This document shows, piece after piece, positions 26,637 to 40,550 of a stretch of DNA of 64,000 nt (position 1 is the stretch's first letter; the number at the start of each line of letters is the position of its first letter). The DNA is from Podarcis tiliguerta (lineage: Eukaryota). The translations under genes and the position numbers were made by a program. The DNA lies in NCBI GenBank assembly GCA_965153285.1, contig OZ229112.1; one strand, written 5' to 3'. A model generated the notes under the pieces. That model was not told where the DNA came from. It saw only the letters and a program-made list of their open reading frames with translations, and ran no database searches.

Positions 26637-29600
26637 TTGAATAACAAGTTGCTAGAAACTGCAGGGGTGGGAGAGTGCCCTTGTGCTCAGGTTCTGCTCG
26701 AGGACTTCCCATGGGCCACTCTGAGAAGAGGATGCCTGGCTTGATGAGCATTTGGCCTGAACCAGCAGGCTCTGTCACGAACGAGTGAAATTTCCAGTAT
26801 GATGTTCCTAACTTCTAACAGCACCAGGGGCAGCCTGAGGCAAAATGGAAAGGTGTCCCCCGCAAGGCTGCTCCTCCATGCCAAAGCCTCGCTTACTGGG
26901 ATTGCGTGGGGGCGGCAGCGAGGGTGGGATGCCTGTGGGCCACTACCCTGCAAGATTCCATTGTTCAAGGTGACTGTGCCACCTTGCCTCAAGAGTGGGC
27001 CGGCCCTGAACCCTGAAAGCTTGAGTTTAGCCTGGAGGACTTATTTTCCCATATGGCCTCATCACAATGCCCAATCTGTTGATTTATTCAGCTGCTCGAT
27101 CAATTTCTTTTGCTTTTTGTTTTTTTAATTACAGTGACTTTAAAACGGTTGAAGATAACAATCCAGTGAAAAAAGGATTAACTGAATGAGAAGCAAAGGC
27201 AACGTTGCAAAGTAATTAAAGTATAACTTCATTTTAACAAGTAATCAATAAAATGTCCTATAATCTGATAAACACAAGAGTTACTCTTAGTCAGTTTTAC
27301 TGATTAAACAGAAGCGTGTATTCAATGATCTGAGGTTCCTTCGAAAAAAGGGAAACATGATTCACACATCTCCCCAAGTTATTTTCTTTGCAATGGCCTA
27401 CCTGCCTATTGACGGGGGTAATAATAAGACTGTCTTAACTAATAAGGATTGTGTGTGTGCGGGGGGAATAGATATTGTGCTACAACTTGAGGACACAGGA
27501 AAGGGGGACCTGGCACAAACAGGGATATAAAAGCCATTTTGGAATTGTGTTGTGATTAAAAAAAAAAATACAGAGAAGTGCTTCAGGTTACAGTGCATAT
27601 CAAAATTTAGCTATCCACTGTTTCCCTACCCTCACTTCTCTAAATATTGCAGCACAGTTCTTGGTAGTTTAAATAAATCAAAATCCACATTTACATAATT
27701 CTTTGAGAAAAGGCACACATTTTAAAACATAGTAATATACTTTCAATAGAAAAGAGTCAATGGAAGCCTTTCTTTTGCAACAGAGGTAAGTTTTTCTTCA
27801 GTCATCTGCATCAATATTTTTTAATGACTAACAATGTTGGAAGTTCCCAGCCACCATGAGCTAAGCCATAAGGAGTGGTTCATGCTGCGGCACTTCAGCT
27901 GATGGAGAAGTCAATCAGTGTGAGGACATGTGCAATTCATTGCTATTGAAAGTCTGTCCTTTGGGAGGAATGTTAGTGTATGAGGCGGAAGTTGGAAGGA
28001 AGTGGAAAAAGGGAAAGGTGAAGTAAGAAAATGTGTGAGAATGAAAAGAGAAGCCAAACTGGAAAGGGGGGAGGGGCAAGTCATGGTTGATAGAATAATA
28101 TTTATTTAAAAAAAACCTTGAAAAGTTGGGTTGAGAATAGTTTGGGAAATGTACAAGTAGAAGAAGGAGGAATGCAACAGCAAACAATGAAAACCATATT
28201 GGGATTACATTGTGAAATATACGACAGAGATAGAAGATGAATGTAGAAAGCTGGATAAGAATGAGAGAAGGGCAATCACTGGGAAACACCATGCTTTAAG
28301 ACAATTAGATGCTTTTAAAATAGATTTGCAGCGCAAATCACTTTTTTCTGCTCAGATATTAAAGGTAGACAATTTAAAGGAATGTGGCTGGATCTCTTCT
28401 GTTACAGACTCTTGCCCTTCAGCTGTTATGTGGTGACTCGTTGCTCCTCCTGGGAAACTTTGGACAAGAACTGAAATACCACTGACTGTTGTAGTTGTGT
28501 GTTTTTTTTTTAAAAAGTAACACATTATGCTCTTCACACGCATTCACAGTGTGTGTCACCAGTCCAGTACATTGTGGTAATACGCTTAAAAATACCACGC
28601 CACTGAAAACAACTCAAGGTTATTTAATCAATAGCAAGCCATCTTACGAGCATCACTGCAAAGGAATGAAAATACGCTACAGACGTGGATTTGTATGCAT
28701 AAGAGCTAAATCCATGCATACCAGATCCCTTCCCTGCCTGCCCTGGACTGTTGAGTGGTAAATGAATGAATGAAGCCACCTCCGAGCCAGAGAGCCTCAA
28801 CATGAAGGAGCACTGCAGAGAAAGCGGCAGGGAACCAAAACAATTTGTTCTCTTCCTTGCACCAGTGGCAATGTAGGCTTGTCAGAACACATGGAAGCTT
28901 TTTCCAGAAGCGACAGGAGTGGCTGAAGGTGATCCAGTGCTCAGGGTTAATGTGATTCTCAAACAGCTTAACCCACTGTGCATTCATCATGCTATCTGCG
29001 GCACAGAAGTCAGGAAGATCATTTAGGTTGGGCAAACGCCACTGGCGGCTACATATTAGCTTAGCTTTTAGTAGTTTTCTTTTAAAAAAAGATACAACTA
29101 ACAGTTATTAGCAATTCCATGCGTTAAGTTCTCTTCTACATAATTCACATCTGCATGCTTTGTAAGATATATAGCCATTGGCAGTAGCAGTTGATGCGTT
29201 AGGGCTACAATGCTTACCTGGCTGCAGGTAAGCATGGTTGAGTCACTGCTGCAGGCCAGGATGGAGAGGGGAAGGTGAGGGGGGCAGCATGGTGCAAGGT
29301 CAACTTGCTGCTCCCGCCAGTGTGTTTGCAGTGGGTTGACCTTGATGCCGCCTCACCCTTCCTCCTCTCCATCCTGGTATTCAGCATCCACTGGTCTGGA
29401 AGGAGATCAGATACATTGCACAGCCCCAGTGCACTGTCTGCTGCAGACTATTAACAATTACAGAATTAAAAATTACATGTAATGACTTAACGTCATGCCA
29501 ACATCTAATCTCAGGGCTCTCCTGTGGGTGGTAGAAGCTCTGGCAGTGCTGAATTGGCTGCCATTGCTCCTGTATCCAGACTCTGGGAAATTGAGAGGAA

Positions 29601-30224
29601 CAGACCAATATTTCTCCTTATAAGGGTGACTCCTGCTCATACCACTGACTTGCCATTGAGGCTAGGTATAGGATTTCATTAGCTTCTGTACTGGCAACTA
29701 TTTCTAAACTATTTCTGGCACTCAGGCCAGGTGTTGTGTGAGACCTTGTCACACCTGACAGCGTGTTAGACATTGACAAATGATGCTGCCAGCTCTGCCA
29801 CAAAAATCTCTATTGTTATTTGAAGCAGAGCACATCCTAAGTATGCAGTAGGTCCTTGGTATCTCTAGTTATAGGAATCTGGGAAACCACTCAGAGTTGG
29901 TGGATGGATCATCATTATCCTGAATTGGAACAAGGCTGTTCCTTATTCTTTTATTTTAACCATATATATCTACCCTTAAAAAAAAAAAGCAGTTCTATCT
30001 CCCTACCTTTTATGCTTTCTTTCATCATGCTAAAATACACATATATGTTTTCTTTTACTGTCAGCTTCCCACCGAGGACATACAAGCTGGGTGGCAAGCA
30101 GAGCCCAGTCCGGGCCATTGAGATCATGCCCATGTTAGCCACTCAGTAGTCATTCTCCCACACATTGCTGAACTAGTGGCTCTGGTGCCTCCTTCACTAT
30201 GTTGTAACACCCTCCATTAAGGGC

Positions 30225-30548
30225 ACTCTCTCAAGGTAAATCTTAAAAAATGTAGTATAAACACCAACAACTGGGAAACACTGGCCTGCGAACGCTCCAA
30301 TAGGAGAACAGCCTTTACCAAAGGTGTCATGGACTTTGAAGACGCTCAAACTCAGGACAAAAGGGAGAAATGTGCTAAGAGGAAGGCACACTTGGCAAAT
30401 CCACACCGTGATCAACTCCCGCCTGGAAACCTATGTCCACACTGTAGAATTGGCCTCCATAGTCACTTACAGACTCACTGCTAAAACCATGTTCACGGAA
30501 GACAATCTTACTCGGCTACGAGTGATTGCCAAAGAAGAAGAAGAAGAG
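30225..30548 (+). mobile_element. 5'-truncated RTE-clade LINE (ORF C-terminus + 3' tail)
   Basis: Open frame LKVNLKKCSINTNNWETLACERSNRRTAFTKGVMDFEDAQTQDKREKCAKRKAHLANPHRDQLPPGNLCPHCRIGLHSHLQTHC* (stop 30482-30484) with RTE-type WExLA..R and CPHC..HxxxH motifs. (GAA)n tail and TSD taagggc (30218-30224 / 30549-30555). Confidence 0.88.
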
Positions 30549-33500
30549 TAAGGGCTTCCTTACTCAATTAAAGGCTGCCCCTCAATTGCCAACAACAATT
30601 TTACAACAAGCAATGTAGGAATGCCATGTTTACACAAAGACATATCTGGCCACAATTTATTTATTTAACTTGTGTACCACTTTAAATCTCTATGTTGTTT
30701 GCAAAAGATCATTAAAAAAAAATACAGTGTGAAGTGGAAATGATGACAATTTCACATCAATACCAAACAATACTGGGATTCTGGAAGCAGAATGCCGACT
30801 TAGCTGGACACTTGGTCTAATATAATCTAGTAAGCCAATTTTTATACTCTTACATTTATTCATAATGAAAGTATGAAATGAATCCATGCATTGTTAGCCT
30901 TGCGTATAGAAACCAGTTGGCAGAAGGACTAATTCAAACTAGCTGGCATTCCAGCGTTCTTGACAAAGTGCATTTCAAATCTCTAAGCTTCCTCAACAAC
31001 TGCATTTTTTTGTGAATGGGGTTGCCTTTCTGTGTTAGAACTTTGTTTGAAAAGACATGTGGTTTAAACAAATGAGTGCGAGTAAAAGAGAAAGTAGCTG
31101 TCAAAGTGGTTAGGAGAGCAGCATGTGGAGAAAGAGGGAGCTTTCTTGAATCTATATGACCATCTCCAAGTAGTGAATCTGAAGTTAGGCTTTTCTAAAC
31201 CAATGTTGAAATCTCCGAACAAGCCATTGAAACAAAATCCTGTATCGACCCAGTGCAGGTATGAAAAGATTTGTTGCAGCAGAGTACTGTTATTGCAAAA
31301 TCCATCAAAAAGAACTCAGGAGAAGTAATATAAAAATATATTTTCATAAGCATCTATAATTGTCCATTTTGCTATTCTCTGCTTCATTTTGCACCTTTCA
31401 GAAATCTCTAAAAGTACCATCTAAGCTACAATAATGCTCTAATAGGGATTTATTTTTTGATTTGCTATTCTTCCCAGCCTATAAAAGAGGAACGTGTGAA
31501 ATTGACCATTTGGGGAGAAAAAGAAACTTTAAATAATGATAAGAGAGAAAGACAATGAAACACTCATAATTATTTCAAGTAGTAAAATGAATTACTAGCC
31601 ATTCCAAATGTGATTTCTTGTCTCTTCATCCTGGCAATATAAATACTGTGATAAATTCAAGGTTTTCCAATCAAATAAGGGCAGATTCTTCTCTTTAACA
31701 TATATTTAATGGGTTTCTTAGAGGATAGCACAACGTCTGACCTACCAAGCCAGCACAATCCACCAGCCATGAATTGTGGTCCACAAAGTGCCTGTCTGCC
31801 ACTCCCCAATGCTTTTTTACAACCTGAGCCAAGAGGCAAAATGGGGAAATTTTATTGAGATCCAAGTGGGCTTCTATTAATCACTGCAGGGCTGTGTTCT
31901 GCTTGGCCGGTCGCTTAGTGACCATATGCAAATACTAAGCCATGACTTAATGCACCAGGAAAGGGCTGCAATGAACCACAGAGTGATGCCCCCCTGCTCT
32001 TTCTGCACAGATAAAAGGCTGCAGTTCAGAAGATTTAAACCTGGCGACTTAAATGTGAAAAGTATCAGTCCCTAGTGAATTGTTCTCTCTGCAAGTTGCA
32101 CTTTTAAGTTCCATGCAGTTATACTTATCAGCCCTTGATTATGAGAGTTTATGCTAGTTATAAAGACAGTCTGAGGGCCCAAGCTACACTTTATGCAGCA
32201 GATCCATACTGGATCTCCAAACCTTTCTCTTTTTAATTAAATGCAACCATGGAACCCTTCCCACTTTATCAGATGCGGCAAGGGAGTATGTTTAATACCT
32301 TTCTACTTGCCACATTCCCAATTAAAATTCTTCCAGAGAAGAAAAAATGTAAGCTTATTTATTTTGCTCCCTGTGGGGCAAATAGGAAGGTGGTGGTGGT
32401 TAAAAGGGCACGGGTGTACGCAGTGATGATAAGCAAAATAGCCTAAGGAAAGGGTTAAATATTCTTACTGCACTGTTCCAATCAAATTGGCAACCCAGGT
32501 ATCTGCATTTCATTAAGCACAAATTGTAGACCTCCTTCTACACAAGGTGTAACTTGGCCCTAGGATGCCACACACTCATCTAAGTAGTGCAATCAAATTG
32601 TAAATGTGTGACACTCCCCACCCTGAACCCAGTCACCATATGAGGCCAACTCTGCAGTTGCCTGTATCAGACTCTTCTATGCCTTGCCATGCATAATGAG
32701 GCTCTAAAAATAAACTCCATCAGATTTTAAATTTGCAGAAAGAAATGCAACTTGCTGCATATAGATGGGTGTGCCAAGATGGTGCCGAACATGATCCGCA
32801 GTTTCAAGTCACTAAAATCAACCGAAGGGTATATAAGCGGATTAAATGTTATTTGATTAAACTCCCAACATACAGTGGGATTAAGACAGGGATGTGGTTA
32901 ATCACCGAACTACATCCACTAAAAACAAAGTCTTTCAGATTAACTGTGTTGGACTTGACTTCATGTACACTAGCTTACATGGGTTCTGGATGGTATCACG
33001 TGATTAAAGCTGCTCTTCTGACCTTAACTTTAGTGGCATGAAGTGCCTGTGATTTGGCAAGGGCCTCCATGCTCAGCAGTGTTGGAAATGTGTGGTCACA
33101 GGGGAGGATTCCACACAGGGCTGGCACACCCATGAGGCAAGGTGGGGTGACCGCCTCAGGCAGCAGGATCAACAGGGGCCACAGATCCGGCCCCCAAGGA
33201 ATGCATTGCTTGTTGCTCTTGCCATGCAGGCAGCAACAGCTGTGGCGTGCTCCTTGGGGGTTGAATCTGCCTCCTCTTCAGCTGTTTCCCCCATGCTGTT
33301 AGGAGACACTGCTAGTCTCCTCCCACCCCTAGGGAGGAAATGGAGGGGGCTGCCCTCTGGGGTCTCCTGGGCACGATTCAGAGTGAGCCCCCTACCACCC
33401 CATGATGGTTTACAATCTCCAATTCAACTGTTGGATAAGGTTCAGTTGATCCCCTACCCCCCCCATTGATCCCAATGTAGATCTTTATTCCCCTCCAACC

Positions 33501-34789
33501 CCATTCCCAACATAAATCTTCACTCTTCACTTCCCCCCCAAACGCCGAAATGTCTTGGGCTGGCTCTGAGTCCGCCCCTTGGTGTCTTCCCATGCCAGCA
33601 TTGCTCCTATTACCATCAATGGTAACACCAGCATGGAAAGGGGTCACAGTGCTGGCTCTTCCCATGTGGCCACAGATTTCCAGTTTTACTGAGCAATGCA
33701 TAAAGAAGCTGTGCTGCTAAAGGTAATGTGAAAAGGGCACACACAAGTTATAATTTGTAAAAACCTATACACTTGGCAGGTCTATGATGTCATTCCTGAA
33801 AAAAACCATGTAAGGGGCTGGGATAGGAACTCTTTTCTAAATCATCATTCCAATATTCCCTATATCAAAAGGACAAGCTTGTTCCCCGCTGAACAGGGGT
33901 GTTTATTTACGGAAGTCACATAGCTGCTTTTAAAGCTTCTCATCTTTAGTGCCTTAGAATTCCCTTGCCTTTTTTAAAAAATGCATGTTTTATTCATATA
34001 TAAGCAATGGAAAAATGGTTTAATGACTGCTGGCTAATGAACACAAACATGGAATTCAGATATTTATGGAATGAGTTATTAATTCATTATGCATTTTAAA
34101 AAATCTGTGTGGAATATGTTTATATAGACACTGAGTTATATTCATTGTGGTGTGGAACTTCTAGCTAATGGCAGCCTTCTGCAATGTGTTTTTCAAAGCT
34201 ACAAACAATTTTCACCTATTCAGGAGGTTGTACAGTGTCACCTGGAAAAAAAGAAGCATTTTCTCCCCCCCCTTTTTTTGTGGCTGTGTGCGACTAGATT
34301 GTTTCCCTCCTCTCTTGCTTTTCCAGAGCTATTTTCTTATTTCGCACTATGTTATCCCAACCAATTAGGAACCACATAGTGAGTGAGATTATGTCATGGC
34401 ACAAGATAGCCAATTAGATTTGCCAACATAGCTTAGTTGTAGAGAGCAAACAAAAAATAATTTTCATGATGGTGGGGGGAAAGAACATATCCCGTGTTGT
34501 CAAGGCAACTGGTTGATGCTCATTATCTTTCCAGGCTCTGCTTTGAGGACTGTTTCATTGCCTGCCCTCACAGCATATCTCAGTGAAAGGGGGAGCATCA
34601 ACCAGTTGCCTTGGCAATGCAGTGATGTACTGCCTGTCTTGTTATGTTGTGCTACAAGGGTGGGCAACAAATTCACCCTTGCAGCACAGCAGGACAAGAT
34701 AAGGAGCATTGCCTGGTTGCCTTGACAACATAGCAATGCATTCCACACACTCCTCCTCCATCAAGCAAAGAAATTATCCATAGACTAGG

Positions 34790-35630
34790 TTGGGCAAGCG
34801 GCCTATTGCTCTCTTTGAAAATCATTTGGTCCCTTCAAACATTTCTATCAAATGTCTGAAACCTCTTGAGGAACAAAAGGCCCAGTTAATACAATTTGCC
34901 TACCACCGGGCACTCCTTTCCCCTCCCCCATGGAAAAAAAAATCCACCTTGCAGAAGTAGGATAGGGGCCTCTCCTTCAAGGAAGTGATGCTGACAGCAT
35001 CATTTCTCTCTATCATTCAGTCCCCAGTGACAAAAGACATGAGCCTATTCTGTGGGAGATATCCAGCCTCATATAACAAATATGGTTAAGCCTAATTAAT
35101 ACACGAAGGGGTTAAGACCATAGAGTAAGCTGTCCTGCCAGGCTTAACTAGGTCACACCCTCTCACCTTGGGAGGGAGTGTTACCAAACTCTTTGTTATT
35201 TTTTCTTCCACCATGTGAACCCACAAAGGAAAGACGTTGAAGCTAGTCACTCCAAGCTCAGACCTCATGACTTTAGCAAGCTGTCTTTGTGTTTCTATAG
35301 AAATAATTTATAAACCCTTGCCATTTTTGAACCTAAGTTATATCGCCTGTCTTTTCTTGCTGTTGCATGGAAAAACACATGAACCTGACCTTTGAAGAGT
35401 TTGTAAGTAAACCATTTTAAACTTACCAAACGTGGTCTCTTTCTATGCTAAGGGGAAGTGTGTAACTTTGGAAGGAACTTAGAAGGGGGTATTTTAAAGG
35501 TCTAACAACCTATATTTCCATACATTAATTTGCTGCATGTTTTGTGAATTCAAATCTTTGCTGGGGATCTCTCTTTCACCAAAGAGTGTTTGCCCGAAAC
35601 CTGGATCTAGGCATCCAAGGAATTCTCATT
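34790..35630 (+). mobile_element. Possible solo LTR remnant
   Basis: U3/R/U5-like composition with tgtaagtaaacc poly(A)-like signal at ~35402. Ends and TSD not identified. Confidence 0.25.
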
Positions 35631-37689
35631 TTATTTTTTTAAACAAACTACAAAAACCCAACAGATTCTTTTGCCTGAAGCAAGAAAGGTCCATAAGCCC
35701 TCTTCCTTCTTCATCAGAGCCCTGCTATGCCATCCACCTTCCTCAATGTAAGGGGTTTTTTTGTCTATGCAAAATGGGGCAGGGTAGCAGCTGGCAGAGT
35801 GCTTGGGATCTGGGATTCAGGAAGGAAGTCTCCTTGGGTGCAGCACAATTAGTGGGGGTAGAGCCACTTCTCATCCACCCCTTCTCTTTGTTTCTTTCTT
35901 AAGATGATAACCACCCCTCCATTTCTCTCTCTTGCTCTCTTCAGAACGTGGGGGGGGGGGGGCTCTTCCAGATGACTTCTTTATTGTTCATCCATTCTGA
36001 GTTGCCTACACAAAGCTTTTGGAGTAGGTAGACCATGCTTGCTGTTTAACGAGCATTCATTCTGGGGTGTGTGGTTATACAACAACGAACAGTCATCCTG
36101 ATTTACTTGTGGAGTGGTTCTATGGATGTCCTGTTAACCAATCATTTATCTCACAGCTTTTAGTGCATTCTCCATCGCTTTCCTAACGGCAAAAGGTAAT
36201 CCCCCCCAGAAGCAGATTCATTGTGATAGAATAGCAGAACACTTCAACCTACTTTAATTCTGCAAATCTAGTATTTCTAGTATGCAGTTGAATTCCTCCC
36301 ACAATATATTAAAAGTCTGGAGACAACTGGAAAGAGGCAGAGACAGGGAGACAAAGAGAGGAATGAAGGGGGATGATGATCCTAACCTTCCTCTTTCCCC
36401 TTGTCACCTGCATGAAATTTGGCTAAGGGCCCTGGAACCACATTTTACCCATCTCTAGTATAAAATCTTGCCTATGTGATGACTGAAGTGAAGATGCATG
36501 TAGTAAAAATGGAACTGTTCTACTCAAACTATGTCCCATTGCTGGGATCCCTTGGCTCAGTGAGTGACACATACTAGTATTCTTTATCTACTTCCATTCA
36601 TTAGCTGCACCAAAATGTGGGTTTTTATAGCAGCAATTAAATTGGTAACACTTAAGACTGAATTCTGACTGACATGGCATAAGAGGATAGGCAGCCAAAG
36701 GCAGACACTTGAGAACCTTCTGAAATACGAAATACATGAAATCTCAGTGCAAAGAACAACAGATTTAAATTAATCCCATCTTCTTAGAACTCAAGATTCA
36801 ATGAGCAGTGTGTTTCCTGACTTGCTGGGTTTAGTCATCCCTCAGAGGGCTCAGTGAAGATTGTTACAAGACAACATTTCGATTCTGTGCTTTCACCTTA
36901 CTGTATATTAAGCTTGGGAGCATTACTCAGACCCCAGCGCTTTGAGAAATTATTAAATGCAGTATGTTTGGAGATTTAATCATCATACTGTAGAAAAATA
37001 AAACCCACTTCAAATTATATGCAGTTGTTCTTTTCAAAGCCAGATTATATAACTGCTTGCTGTCGTTTCACAATTTTGTGTCAAACTCAATTGTGTCGCC
37101 ATCCAGCTGCTGGACTTCTTATGCCAGGGACACTTCAGTTTTAATCAGGGGAGAGCTCTTTGAATGTGTTCTTTACCCTAGCTTAAAAACTCACTAGTCT
37201 GAACTTTCCGACACTACAGAAATTCTATCAGGCTAAACAGCTTGAGGGCTATTTATTTATTTATTTATTTTTTAAAAAATTGAATTAAATTAAAGTTTCC
37301 CTACGGGGATCTGAACAATCTGCCTGCTACGTTTGTTAACAAGGCCGTGATTACTGGAAAAGTTAATGCTTCTTAACATTTTGCAGCTTTTCCTTATGCT
37401 TTGGACAGTCACATACTGAGAACAGCACAATGGGACTTCATTATTTGCCTGCTGTATCCTTCTTTGTCATAATACCGGCAACCACAACCATGGAAAAGGG
37501 AGAAATAAGCCCTAGGTGTTTGTCTATAATTGTGGTCCTACTTACATGACAAACTGGTATAACTGTGTATGCCTGGTGTTCTCTCCCCAACCCCCTCCCC
37601 CAAACACCATCTGATGATCTTTACAACAGGTGATGGGGAAAACTTGACCTGAGACCCGGATAGATGCTGCTAGTCAGAGAAGACCAACC

Positions 37690-37825
37690 CAGGGTTTCCC
37701 AAACTTGGGTCCCTAGCTGTTTTTGGACTACAACTCCCATCATCCCTAGCTAGCAGGACCAGTGGTCAGGGATGAGGGGAACTGTAGTCCAAAACCAGCT
37801 GAAGACCCAAGTTTGGGAAACATTG
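37690..37825. mobile_element. Palindromic hAT MITE, same family as 19258, inserted in a SINE remnant
   Basis: Closely similar to the 19258 copy. Imperfect TSD gaccaacc / gtctaacc. More decayed relatives at ~22804-22897, ~23705-23836, ~42835-42960, ~51215-51335 and ~61703-61845. Confidence 0.82.
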
Positions 37826-37861
37826 GTCTAACCTATTATAAGATAACTTCCTATGTTCCTT

Positions 37862-37890
37862 TACTACTACTACTACTACTACTACTACTA
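37862..37890. repeat. (TAC)n microsatellite
   Basis: Direct reading. Confidence 0.95.
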
Positions 37891-39380
37891 TCCACAAAGA
37901 TGAAACCACATTGCAGTTGACAATTGCCCCCATCTGGTATCCGGTGGTGGAAACACATCATCAAACCTAGCCATTAAACAAAGCTCTGCAAACACAGGCG
38001 GTGATAATCCCAGAACTACTTGCTGCCAACTTCCCCGAAAGCAGCTGGTACTGGCCACTGTTAAGACCTGAATAATGCTCTAGACCGCTCACATATCTTC
38101 CTCAGTGTGACAACTCCATTAACAAGTATTTAGAAATAATTTTCAGCCACTGCTGCTATAGAAATGCAGGCATAAAAAGAACTGCAAGAGATAGCACAGC
38201 GGTGAAACCTAACAGAACCCGTTGCCGTCCTGGCATGGATACAAAACACACAAAGCTGTCAAAATTTCTATGCTCTATCCTTCCAGACTTCTTCTTTTTT
38301 TTTTACTTAAAACTATTTATGAGCAAATCTCTGCCAATATGGCCGAAATACCGAAGTGTTTAAGACTTACTATGTGTAATGGTGGCAAGATGCAGGATTT
38401 ATCAGACTGAGTCTTGGAAAACAAAAGAGCATGAAGGTTTGTTATAGAAAGGAATGTTATCTTCACATATCTAATTGCCCTCCGACTCCAGCAGTTATCC
38501 CATAGGTAGAAATTCTAATTGACTCAACGAGGATAAGAAAATGCTGCTGAGCAGGAAGATCACAAAATAACACCGAAGTTCTACATGCCGAAGCTCTTCA
38601 TGCATTCACAAAGATATATAGGCACACAACTAGAGGAAGTTGGAAAGGTATTGACAGCACTCAATAACCTTGCTGTGCAAAATGCACATTTTTTTGTGCC
38701 ATTCAGAATCAGAACTAGCCTTCAAAAGGATTGTGTCATTTTTAACATGTTTTAGCACTCAGGAGAATGAATTGCTTTCAGAGATTTATTATCAAAGAAC
38801 CAATTTTTAAAACCTGTTTCTTTCCCTGCAAGTGCTTTTACTCACGCCTATGTGATATGTGAACTGTCATGGTTTGCCAAGAACAGAGGACAAATGGCCA
38901 TCACTTCCCTGTTAAACAAAACTCTTCTCTCATGGAGCTGGATTGCCAAATAAATGGTTGGCCATTACTAGAATGATTATTTCAGATACTGTCAAATCAG
39001 AAAGGTATTTGCTTTTAAGGATCCTTGTTTGCCATAGCTACCCCTACTTAGCATCAACTCAGACACTGTATTTCTTGTGTGTAAGAGGGATGACTGGCTG
39101 AATATGTGCTTCTGAGTAAAATAAATTAATTAATAAAAGGACAGCAAAAATAAGTGAACCCAAGCTATCATAGTTACTGGACATCAGCTTGCATGACTGT
39201 AGCTCTTCTTCCTCAGCTGCCATACTTACAGAAATTCTAACCAACTGGTAACCCTACACACACACACACACATTTCTGCACATAAGTGTACACTCAAGAA
39301 CAATGACTACCGTTGGTATGGGTGAGAGGCACAATGCCTGAACCAGTTTTTAGAATCCCAGGGTTGCTTCCAGTGATCTC

Positions 39381-39483
39381 TTTATTGAATATTCATTCTG
39401 GTTTGTTCACAGGGAGGTTAGATGATGTTGGCTATTTACTGAGCATCCATTCTGATTTGTTTACAGGAAGGCTGGATGACATT
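39381..39483. repeat. Diverged tandem duplication, 54-bp period, 2 copies
   Basis: tttattgaatattcattctggtttgttcacagggaggttagatgatgttg vs tttactgagcatccattctgatttgtttacaggaaggctggatgacattg. Confidence 0.85.
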
Positions 39484-40375
39484 GTGCCAAGCAAGTGTTG
39501 TGCCATACTTTCCAGTGCATTTTCATATCACCTTTGATATCACAAATGGTCCAACTTTGTACAGAAGTAGGTTTTTGGTCAAGACTACCTCCAAAGCAAC
39601 TTTAACTGTGCAATCTGAATTTGCAACCTGAAAATAGCGATAATGGCCCATGTTGCCACCTCTACCAAACACAAAGGGCAGGATCTTTTTTTCTTTCTTT
39701 TTGACACATCAGGGTTTGTTCATTTGCTCAGTTGCAGCTTTTGCCATTTGAGCTGGAATACGACCAAATGTAAAAGCATAGGAAGGGGGAATAGTGTCAC
39801 ACCAGGAATAGCTTCCTTGAGTCATCAACAGATTGCCTGGAACTATTGCAACAGGTGCTTTCAAAGGGACGTGTTGTTGCTCTTCATGGCTGTGGTGTGG
39901 GGTGATTTCCAGAGGAGAAAAACAATTAAAAATAGGCCTAAGAGAATGCACAGCAACCAATTCCATTTTCAGAACAGCATGTCATGATGTCATTGAAATA
40001 GTTCAGACTCTGAATCCTACAGGAGTAAATTGCAGCAAAGTGCCTCAAATTATACACTTTCCCTGTTGCAGTGATGCTTTCAAGGGCTCACTGCAGCTCA
40101 CCACAGGGGTGTCTCAGCTAGGTCACCTAAATGCTGTAGATCATCTTATATTCTAATTCTGATACAGCCAAAGTGGTAGCAGCCACACATTATAGAGGGG
40201 TCATCAGCAGACCCGAGGTTTGCAGAAGTGCAACAAATATTTAGGTGTGCCACCTATCTCCATCACCCGCTTTTTGCCTACAGTGAAAAATCACCATGGT
40301 AGCTGCCAGGTAACCTCTAGGTAGATTGGACATTGTTGAAAGCTTCACTCTACACTCAGATAGTGAGACAGGTAA

Positions 40376-40550
40376 GGGATGGCTGTAGCTTAGTGGCATG
40401 GCACATGTTTTGTGTGTGAAGGATCCAAGGTTCAGTCACTGGCATCTCCAAGTAGAGCTCCTACCTGAAACCCTGGAGAACTGCTGCCAGCAGTGGATAT
40501 GGTTCTTAGATAGCCAAACCAAAGGTGTAAGGCAATTTCCTATACCCCTA
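40376..40550 (+). mobile_element. tRNA-derived SINE, degenerate copy
   Basis: tagcttagtggc A box, ggttcagtcac B-like box, and cctgaaaccctggagaactgctgccag shared with the 26439 copy. Confidence 0.7.
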
